Below are positions 1 through 6,649 of a DNA stretch of 52,120 nt, one piece after another. The notes beneath the pieces are model-generated. The model searched no databases. It saw only the letters and a program-made list of their open reading frames with translations, and was not told the DNA's origin. The translations under genes were made by a program, and so were the position numbers. Location of the stretch: positions 1-52,120 of the forward strand of contig JACPHO010000003.1 in the NCBI GenBank assembly GCA_016188545.1, written 5' to 3'. Numbering within the stretch: position 1 is the stretch's first letter; each line of letters begins with the position of its first letter. This DNA comes from Candidatus Shapirobacteria bacterium. Its GTDB lineage: Bacteria > Patescibacteriota > Microgenomatia > UBA12405.

Positions 1-59
1 ACACCAACAACTCTTTGGAAGGCAGCTTTGCTCATCTCAAAGACAAAGTACGACTTCAT
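1..59 (-). CDS. 5' end of an outward-facing ORF (MKSYFVFEMSKAAFQRVVG...), truncated by the window edge; family not recognised
   Basis: ATG at 59 on the minus strand runs off the left edge. The identical reading frame occurs at 52066-52120 (+) because both lie in the terminal inverted repeat. Confidence 0.3.
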   Translation of the reverse strand, partial: MKSYFVFEMSKAAFQRVVG

Positions 60-143
60 AGAGGTCTAAAAACAAAGAGAAAAATGAAACTAATTAACCA
101 AATTCTGTTGGGGAAAGCACCCGAAAAGTACCATTAAGCCAAA
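5..143. repeat. Left arm of perfect terminal inverted repeat (partner 51982-52120)
   Basis: The reverse complement of 5-143 matches 51982-52120 at 139/139 positions by direct base-by-base comparison. Bases 1-4 lack a partner only because the window ends. Confidence 0.95.
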
Positions 144-577
144 CTTTCCAAGGTATTACTACCAGTCGCCGTCGGAAATGTTAACCCGGGATGGCGCTTA
201 CACTGATAACGATGTATCGTCTCCTCTCTTGCAAAGATCCTAAACCATCTCCTTTTATCCATTTCAACTTTATTATCAGGTTTTTCTGGATCCAGTATAG
301 AAATAGTTCCTTCTAAACCATCAACAAACTGATTCAAAAAGCTTATCGGTAAGGCGATCTTATCAACCGGGTGCGGAACATACCCGGGCAAATTTCCTCC
401 TTCTGGAACCACAACATCATCCCAAGAATCTCCTGTAATATTTAGGTATCTCTTAACATCATCAACACCCTTACTTAATTCGAGTGAAATAACATCCATA
501 ACATCGCCACCCACTTCCAAACCTCTTTTCTTTAACTCAACCCACTTACCAAGCGATAGAGGATTTGAGTCCTTCAT
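134..577 (-). CDS. Hypothetical protein (147 aa)
   Basis: Uninterrupted ORF with gene-like composition (many G-starting codons). Its last 3 codons and stop lie in the inverted repeat. No motif recognised. Confidence 0.55.
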   Translation of the reverse strand: MKDSNPLSLGKWVELKKRGLEVGGDVMDVISLELSKGVDDVKRYLNITGDSWDDVVVPEGGNLPGYVPHPVDKIALPISFLNQFVDGLEGTISILDPEKPDNKVEMDKRRWFRIFAREETIHRYQCKRHPGLTFPTATGSNTLESLA

Positions 578-586
578 TTTGGAACC

Positions 587-1000
587 TTATTTACACATCA
601 TCGATTCGATACTGATCATCTCATTCACCAATTGATCAGTTGTCTCACCATCTAACCCACCTCCACTTAACTCAGTCTCATACTCAGCCAAAACTACTTG
701 TGCTTCTTCAGTGGGAATACAACTACTCTCAACAACTTGGGTTTCTTCTCCCAAGACTTCTTCAGATGAATAACTAAATTGTCCTTCAATTTCATTATAT
801 GGAGCTTCTAAGGCAACCTCTTCACTAATTCCACTCTCTGGTAAAACTACTTCTTCTGCAAACTGAACTTCATCTCCTAAAACCATAGGTTGATCTTGAA
901 TCATCTGACCCACCTCGACAAAACGAAGAGGAATCAAAGCCATAATTGCAAATACAAAACTAACGATCAATGTACGAGTATTTCTTGATGTGTCATTCAT
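587..1000 (-). CDS. Hypothetical N-terminally membrane-anchored acidic protein (137 aa)
   Basis: N-terminal hydrophobic helix (LIVSFVFAIMALIPL) followed by an E/V/S-rich acidic region. Lies 9 nt upstream of ORF 134-577 on the same strand. Confidence 0.55.
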   Translation of the reverse strand: MNDTSRNTRTLIVSFVFAIMALIPLRFVEVGQMIQDQPMVLGDEVQFAEEVVLPESGISEEVALEAPYNEIEGQFSYSSEEVLGEETQVVESSCIPTEEAQVVLAEYETELSGGGLDGETTDQLVNEMISIESMMCK

Positions 1001-1345
1001 AACATCAGTCTAAATACTTTTTATCAGTTAGTCAAGGACAACAATTGTACGGCAAAAATAGAAAAATAGACCCCTAATATGAAAAATCTGTTTTGTGCCT
1101 AGTGACAATAGATGACTATGACAATCAAATTTATAGGCTAAGCAACTATAATGAATTGGCTTATCCCACCAAACATTATTAGTCAAAAAACACTTAGCAA
1201 TCACCTTACGTTTTTGCCAACTAATCAAATCTCATTTTCCTGTTTTATATATACTTTATTATCAAAATAAAACTTTATGTATATAAACAGAACATAATCA
1301 TTTTATCCTGTAACAATAAACGATCCTAAAAAACTCACATCACGG

Positions 1346-1351
1346 TATAAT
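1346..1351 (+). promoter_or_regulatory. Candidate -10 box (TATAAT) for the tRNA cluster
   Basis: Perfect TATAAT about 170 nt upstream of tRNA-Pro. No convincing -35. Confidence 0.2.
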
Positions 1352-1398
1352 ATATAGTCTTTACAAAACGGCGGGTTTACCTCGATTCGACTAACATC

Positions 1399-1505
1399 GA
1401 AGCGGGCTTGCCTCGCCGAAGTCCACAAAGCGGACGAAGTGAAGCGGGCTTGCCTCGCCGAAGTCCACAAAGCGGACGAAGTGAAGCGGGCTTGCCTCGC
1501 CGAAG
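1399..1505 (+). repeat. 42-bp perfect tandem repeat, about 2.5 copies, directly upstream of tRNA-Pro
   Basis: The unit gaagcgggcttgcctcgccgaagtccacaaagcggacgaagt is identical at 1399-1440 and 1441-1482. A 23-nt partial third copy at 1483-1505 ends 12 nt before the tRNA. Confidence 0.95.
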
Positions 1506-1517
1506 CTTCAGCGAAGG

Positions 1518-1591
1518 CGGGGATTGGCGCAATTGGCTAGCGCGCACGGTTCGGGATCGTGAGGTTGCTGGTTCGAATCCAGTATCCCCGA
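1518..1591 (+). tRNA. tRNA-Pro (anticodon CGG)
   Basis: Hand-folded cloverleaf. Acceptor cggggat/atccccg; D arm gcgc-aattggcta-gcgc; anticodon arm cacgg-ttCGGga-tcgtg; T arm gctgg-ttcgaat-ccagt; discriminator A. CCA is not encoded. Confidence 0.9.
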
Positions 1592-1664
1592 CAAAATCCG
1601 CCATGTTTATCTAATGGCAGATATAATACTGGATGAGAAGTTTATGGTGAGCGTAGTCGAACCA

Positions 1665-1699
1665 AATCCAGTATCCCCGACAAAATCCGCCATATTTAT
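1665..1699 (+). repeat. Duplicated 3' end of tRNA-Pro plus its downstream hairpin (tRNA fragment)
   Basis: 1665-1693 is identical to 1576-1604 (aatccagtatccccgacaaaatccgccat). Both copies are followed by a short hairpin (gccat..atggc and cgccatat-ttat-atatggcg). Confidence 0.85.
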
Positions 1700-1717
1700 A
1701 TATGGCGAAATGCTTTT

Positions 1718-1789
1718 GTCCCCATAGTTCAATGGATAGAACGGAGGTTTCCTAAACCTTAAATGGCAGTTCGATTCTGCCTGGGGATA
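1718..1789 (+). tRNA. tRNA-Arg (anticodon CCU)
   Basis: Hand-folded cloverleaf. Acceptor gtcccca/tggggat (G1-U72 wobble); D arm gttc-aatggata-gaac; anticodon arm gaggt-ttCCTaa-acctt; 4-nt variable loop; T arm ggcag-ttcgatt-ctgcc; discriminator A. Confidence 0.85.
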
Positions 1790-1839
1790 CGCTGAATCCA
1801 CGGTTCGACTTGCCCGCCGTAGTCCAAAGGACGAAGGAG

Positions 1840-1857
1840 GGTTCCTGGTGGGGATAC
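1840..1857 (+). repeat. Degenerate copy of the tRNA-Arg 3' end
   Basis: ggttcctggtggggatac resembles the tRNA-Arg 3' end ttctgcctggggatac. It is preceded by a diverged copy (1803-1838) of the 42-bp repeat unit. Confidence 0.5.
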
Positions 1858-1922
1858 AAAATATGCTGAGTATTAAGATAAAAAAGTTCGACACGCTAGA
1901 CTCGACATCTAGTCGAGGCTGG

Positions 1923-1938
1923 TTCTGCCTGGGGATAC
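1923..1938 (+). repeat. Exact 16-nt copy of the tRNA-Arg 3' end
   Basis: ttctgcctggggatac at 1923-1938 is identical to 1775-1790. Confidence 0.85.
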
Positions 1939-2677
1939 TTACAAAAATAAAACATCATATTCCATCAAACTAATCCTTAGTCTCTTAAACATACGTTTTC
2001 ACCCCAGGTCCACTCTTCTTACCTTTTCGTTGACTAAAAAAAATAATTTGCGATTTTCCTAAAAAATCTTTCCTCGAAAAAAAATAATAACATCTTTACA
2101 AAAAAGTATCTTCACTGACATTTTTTCCAACAAAATAATGTTTTAAAACATTTTCACCGTCTTTCTCCGCAGTAATTAGCTTAACTACTTCTCTTTATCC
2201 GCACCTTCTCCGACTACTACCGCATAAATATTTACACATAGTTACTATATATTTTACAAATTTATAACCGCAAATGCTCTAAAAACCAAACTTACTTAAA
2301 TATATCTAATAATTCCTATTTCTATCATATTTTCCGCATACAAGTACTATTTTTTCCTTACCAACTCACATTTTTTACCTTTTCATTTCCACGCCGATAG
2401 TTTTCTGCCAACATTGCTCTGCGGTATATGACACTCCCATCGACTATATCGAAATATTCCTCTTATATCCTGAACCTAGAAACTATCTGTTCCCTGTCCT
2501 CTCTTTTGCTTGTAGATCAGCTCACTTTAATGCCTGATTACTCAACTTGGGTATGTCTTATCAATGTCTGGAAACATCCATTAAATTATAATCTCTACAT
2601 ACGTAGCAGTGAAAGTGTGTCTTTGCTAAATTCACGTTATGACAATCATTGGGTTATGACAGACCCTACCTAAATTC

Positions 2678-5302
2678 CTAAGCCACTACAATATTCACCA
2701 TTCGACCCGGTACGAAGATTTCCTTAACGACTTGTTTGCCTGCAAGCCATGTTTTGATTTTTTCTGATCCCTTTGCCATCTCTACCATTTCTTTTTCATC
2801 ATTAGACCTATCTCTATCAACTACTAGCTGATCTCTTAATTTACCGTTAATAGCTACTGCAACAGTTACTTTCTCATCTGCTAAATACGCTGGGTCAGCT
2901 ACCGGCCACGATTGTTGGTGTACCGACTCGATAACAATATCGCTTTTCTTATTTACATCATAATGAAGCCAATACCACAGCTCCTCCGCTGTATAAGGTG
3001 CAAATGGCGCCAACATTTTAACCAACACCTCCATATCATCTCGAATTAGCTCTATTTTTCTCTTTTCCAAATCATTTAACAGTTCCATTAACTTGGCAAT
3101 CGCTGTGTTATATCCAAATTCCTCTAAATCTTTGGTGATTAATTCAATCTTCTTATTGATTATTATCATTAATGTGTTTCTATCGCTAGCAAACAACTCT
3201 GCATCTTGCGAAATTCCACCAAAATATTCTTTAAATAATTTCTCAAACCTATCCAAAAATCTCTTTACCCCCATCAGTGTCTTTTCGTTCCAAGCCATAG
3301 TCCCTTCAAACGGTCCCATGAACATTAGATACATCCGTACTACATCAACCCCATACATGTCGGCCACTGTTTCCGGGACAATTACATTCCCTTTAGATTT
3401 ACTCATCCTCTGATTATCAGGACCCAAGATCACTCCGTGGGACACTCTCTTATAGTATGGTTCAGGTAGTTCCTTCGGAAATACACCCAGGTCATACAAA
3501 AACAGATAAATAAATCGGGAATACAATAAGTGAAGAGTGTTGTGCTCGTCTCCACCGATATAAATATCCACCGGACCCCACTTTTTTAATAGATCAAAGT
3601 CTACCAATTTAGTAGCACTATGTGGATCCATGTATCTCAAAAAGTACCAATCTGAACCAGCCCAGTTTGGCATGGTGTCTGTCTCTCTTTTAGCGCTTCC
3701 CCCACAAACAGGACAAGTACAATTTACAAAACTATCTATTCTTGACAGCGGGCTTAGTCCATCATCGGTCGGTTCATAAGCCTCCACCTCCGGCAACACT
3801 ACTGGCAGTTGATCCTCTGGCACCGGAATCCACCCCATATTTTTTAATTTACTTTCTAATTCTTCTTTATTTTTGAATTTTGAATTTTGAATTTTGAATT
3901 TTTGATCTTTTGCGCATTTTGCGCAATAGATCATCGGTATCGGTTCACCCCAGTAATGCTGTCGGCTAAATATCCAATCACGCAAGTGATAGCTGACTAC
4001 CCGCTTACCCCATCCTTTTTCTTCAAAATAGTCCATGGTCTTTCTCATCGCCTCTGTAAAATCCATCTCGTTTAGAAAATCAGAGTTCACCATTTTACCT
4101 TTATCGCCCAAATGAACTATAAAGGGTTCTTCGTTTATGTCCTTATCATTCCCATCAATTGAACCCACCACTCTCACAATTGGTATTCCAAACTTCTTAG
4201 CAAAGTCCCAATCCCTCTGGTCATGCCCCGGACACCCCTGAACCGCCCCTGTACCTACTGTTGCAAGTACGAAGTCAGTTACCCAAATAGGTATTTCCTT
4301 TCCAGTGACATGATTTTTGGCATACAAACCGGAGAACACTCCTGTTTTTATTTTATTTAGTTCAGTTCGCTCCATATCCCCTTTCTTCCTTGCCTCACTA
4401 ATATATTTTTTTATTTCATCTATTTGTTCTTGGTTGACTCCAAATTTTCCTTCCACTATTTGTTGAACAAAAAGGTGTTCCGGTGCCACCACTAGAAAAG
4501 TAGCTCCAAAATTCACCGGGGTAGTTGTAAAAACTGTCAATTTTTGATTAGTCCCAACCACCTCAAAATCTATATTAATACCATCCTTTCGGCCAATCCA
4601 ATTAATTTGCGCAGTCTTTACTTTCTCAATAAAATCGGTATTTTTTAGTCCATCAGTCAACCTATCGGCATAGTCAGTAATTTTAACGACCCACTGCGAT
4701 ATATTTCTCCGACTTACTTCAGCCCCACAGCGCTCACATTTTCCATTCAGAACTTCTTCATTGGCCAGCCCTATCTTACATGATGGACACCAGTTTATCG
4801 GCATTTCCTGTTTGTAAGCCAGTCCTTTCTTAAACAACTGGACAAATATCCACTGTGTCCATTTATAATAATCTGGATCAGAAGTATGCACTTCTCGACT
4901 CCAATCAAATGAAAAGGCTAGCTTTTTCATTTGTTGTTTAAAAATATCTGTATTTTCTCTGGTTACTTCCTGAGGCTTTCTCTTTACCTTAATCGCATAA
5001 TTCTCTGTTGGTAGCCCAAACTCATCAAACCCCATTGGAAACATTACATTATATCCCTGCATCCTTTTAAATCTGGCGTAGACATCCCCTCCAGTAAACG
5101 AGAAAGCATGACCTACGTGCAATCCTGACCCACTCGGATAAGGAAACTCTACTAATACATATTTTTTAACTTGCCCGTCCGGAGCGTTAGCGTAGGCGGG
5201 TCTATCCTCATCATTATTCCAAGCCTTATATAAGTCTGAGTGTTCCTCCCACCACTTTATCCACTTATCTTCGATAGTTCTAAATTTTTTATTTTCTTCC
5301 AT
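2678..5302 (-). CDS. leuS: Leucine--tRNA ligase
   Basis: Class I aaRS signatures HVGH (YPSGSGLHVGHAF) and KMSKS (QRMSKSKGNV); Cys pairs (CPSC..CERCG); LeuRS-type editing insertion; overall LeuRS length. ATG at 5302 (MEENKKFRTIEDKW) is preferred to the ORF-track start at 5353. Confidence 0.97.
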   Translation of the reverse strand: MEENKKFRTIEDKWIKWWEEHSDLYKAWNNDEDRPAYANAPDGQVKKYVLVEFPYPSGSGLHVGHAFSFTGGDVYARFKRMQGYNVMFPMGFDEFGLPTENYAIKVKRKPQEVTRENTDIFKQQMKKLAFSFDWSREVHTSDPDYYKWTQWIFVQLFKKGLAYKQEMPINWCPSCKIGLANEEVLNGKCERCGAEVSRRNISQWVVKITDYADRLTDGLKNTDFIEKVKTAQINWIGRKDGINIDFEVVGTNQKLTVFTTTPVNFGATFLVVAPEHLFVQQIVEGKFGVNQEQIDEIKKYISEARKKGDMERTELNKIKTGVFSGLYAKNHVTGKEIPIWVTDFVLATVGTGAVQGCPGHDQRDWDFAKKFGIPIVRVVGSIDGNDKDINEEPFIVHLGDKGKMVNSDFLNEMDFTEAMRKTMDYFEEKGWGKRVVSYHLRDWIFSRQHYWGEPIPMIYCAKCAKDQKFKIQNSKFKNKEELESKLKNMGWIPVPEDQLPVVLPEVEAYEPTDDGLSPLSRIDSFVNCTCPVCGGSAKRETDTMPNWAGSDWYFLRYMDPHSATKLVDFDLLKKWGPVDIYIGGDEHNTLHLLYSRFIYLFLYDLGVFPKELPEPYYKRVSHGVILGPDNQRMSKSKGNVIVPETVADMYGVDVVRMYLMFMGPFEGTMAWNEKTLMGVKRFLDRFEKLFKEYFGGISQDAELFASDRNTLMIIINKKIELITKDLEEFGYNTAIAKLMELLNDLEKRKIELIRDDMEVLVKMLAPFAPYTAEELWYWLHYDVNKKSDIVIESVHQQSWPVADPAYLADEKVTVAVAINGKLRDQLVVDRDRSNDEKEMVEMAKGSEKIKTWLAGKQVVKEIFVPGRMVNIVVA
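3875..3902. repeat. Heptamer tandem repeat (gaatttt x4) inside leuS
   Basis: Four perfect 7-nt units. Translated in frame as KFKIQNSKFK within an otherwise conserved enzyme. Confidence 0.9.
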
Positions 5303-5310
5303 AGATAAAT

Positions 5311-5409
5311 TTAACAAAAAGCCCCCACTTGGGGGCCAGCATTGATCCCCCAAAATAACTAGTTTAGAAGGAGGGATACAATTAATAATTTCATTAGCCT
5401 ATTTTACCA
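5311..5409 (-). promoter_or_regulatory. Candidate leuS leader: extended -10, Leu-rich mini-ORF, antiterminator/terminator
   Basis: Read on the minus strand. TGGTAAAAT at 5409-5401. Mini-ORF MKLLIVSLLLN at 5394-5359. UUGGGGG at 5353-5347. Hairpin GCCCCCA-AG-UGGGGGC at 5336-5321 followed by UUUUUGUU, 18 nt before the leuS ATG. Confidence 0.45.
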
Positions 5410-5433
5410 CAATCATCTATACTAATAGGCATA

Positions 5434-6405
5434 ATGACCAAAGCGCTGTTATCCTTGTTTTTAGGAATAATGATCTATGCTACTGGTTTTTTTTCCGCCA
5501 CTCTTTCCAAAAATCCAAATAAAATCAATCCTTTCACTGAATCACGACTTCCTGCCGGCTATAAATATATCAACCCCCTGCTAGAGTGTGACACTGACGC
5601 CGTCAGTAGCGATACCAACCTCGACCAACTCCGCAATTCAATAAATAAATACATAGACTCGAAAATAAAATCTAAAGAACTTTCTCATGTCTCAGTCTAC
5701 TACCGGGATATGAATAACGGCCCTTGGTTTGGGATTAACCAAAATGAGCTCTTTTCCCCTGCCAGTCTCATCAAAGTTCCCCTAATGATCGCCTATTTCA
5801 AGTTAGCAGAGTCAGATCCATCGATACTAAGCAAAGAAGTTGTCGCCTCCAGTTCTGCTGATCAGATAGCCCAAAACATCGTCCCTCAAACCACCCTCAT
5901 TCCTGACCAAAAGTATACTGTACTCCAGTTGATCAATAGTTTAATTATTCAATCAGATAATCAGGCTTATTACCTACTTTTAGCCAATATTGACAATCAA
6001 TTTCTGGTCAAGGTGTTTGCCGACCTCGGTGTCGATATCAGTCTTGGATTTACCAATCCTAATGGTGATATTCTCTCAGTTAAGTCTTATGCCTCATTCT
6101 TCCGCATTCTTTATAATGCATCATATTTGAGTCCTAAATACTCTGAAACTGCCCTTCACATCCTTAATCAAAGTCAATATAAAGATTCTCTGGTGGCTGG
6201 AGTTGACCCATCAATCAGTGTCGCTCACAAATACGGTGAACGCAGTTATCTCGAAAATAATGTCAAACAATTTCACGACTGTGGAATTGTCTACCTTCCC
6301 GGAAAACCATATCTCATCTGCATCATGACCCGAGGTAACGATTTCAAGACATTAACGACTACTATCAGGGACATATCCCAACAAATTTTCACTTTCGTAA
6401 AATAG
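5434..6405 (+). CDS. Class A beta-lactamase-like serine hydrolase (membrane-anchored or secreted)
   Basis: N-terminal hydrophobic helix. Motifs in canonical order and spacing: SxxK (SLIK), SDN (QSDNQ) and a KTG-like HKYG. Confidence 0.75.
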   Translation: MTKALLSLFLGIMIYATGFFSATLSKNPNKINPFTESRLPAGYKYINPLLECDTDAVSSDTNLDQLRNSINKYIDSKIKSKELSHVSVYYRDMNNGPWFGINQNELFSPASLIKVPLMIAYFKLAESDPSILSKEVVASSSADQIAQNIVPQTTLIPDQKYTVLQLINSLIIQSDNQAYYLLLANIDNQFLVKVFADLGVDISLGFTNPNGDILSVKSYASFFRILYNASYLSPKYSETALHILNQSQYKDSLVAGVDPSISVAHKYGERSYLENNVKQFHDCGIVYLPGKPYLICIMTRGNDFKTLTTTIRDISQQIFTFVK

Positions 6406-6415
6406 TTTCTAAGTC

Positions 6416-6634
6416 TTACGGTGCTTCAACAAAAGGGGTATAGCGTGGCTCATCACTTGCAGAGACTACAACTCTCGTCCTTGGCAGACTAGCAGTCTCC
6501 GCTATCTTTCTGGCAGGTAATCTGTGATCCGTATCAACTCGACTTCCGTTTAAAACTACCCCCACAACCTCTCCATGAAACAACGCCATCGCCCCACTTC
6601 CATCCTGCTTAACTATCAGCTGATCATAGTCCAT
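6416..6634 (-). CDS. Hypothetical small protein (72 aa)
   Basis: ORF 16 nt downstream of the permease gene on the same strand. Gene-like codon first-position G bias and locally higher GC. No motif recognised. Confidence 0.45.
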   Translation of the reverse strand: MDYDQLIVKQDGSGAMALFHGEVVGVVLNGSRVDTDHRLPARKIAETASLPRTRVVVSASDEPRYTPFVEAP

Positions 6635-6649
6635 CTACACTATTATATC

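Noticed and set aside
1028-1228. 66-aa ORF upstream of ORF 587-1000, and the 81-aa ORF at 2428-2673
   Set aside because: Poor coding character (few G-starting codons, odd Cys/Ser/Leu-rich composition), no motif and no start context. They are left unannotated.
1399-1505. Possible CRISPR array (regular GC-rich repeats in AT-rich DNA)
   Set aside because: The 42-nt units are directly contiguous with no spacers, there are only about 2.5 copies, and no cas genes are present. It is a plain tandem repeat.
1377-1894. Track ORFs 1377-1604 (-), 1408-1614 (+) and 1607-1894 (-)
   Set aside because: They are translations of the tandem repeat, the two tRNA genes and the tRNA fragments (for example the GDTGFEPATS-type antisense tRNA peptide). 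They are not coding.
1939-2677. Replication origin in the long AT-rich gap
   Set aside because: There is only one near-match to a DnaA box (ttatccgca), no cluster, and no dnaA or dnaN nearby. Evidence is insufficient.
5303-5433. T-box riboswitch upstream of leuS
   Set aside because: The leader is only about 130 nt and lacks the conserved T-box, AG-bulge and specifier-loop features. The leader-peptide model fits the sequence better.
5434-6405. Antibiotic-resistance beta-lactamase
   Set aside because: Only the generic SxxK/SDN/K.G serine-hydrolase motifs can be seen. The N-terminal anchor and the context fit a cell-wall-related penicillin-binding-type hydrolase equally well, so no resistance claim can be supported.
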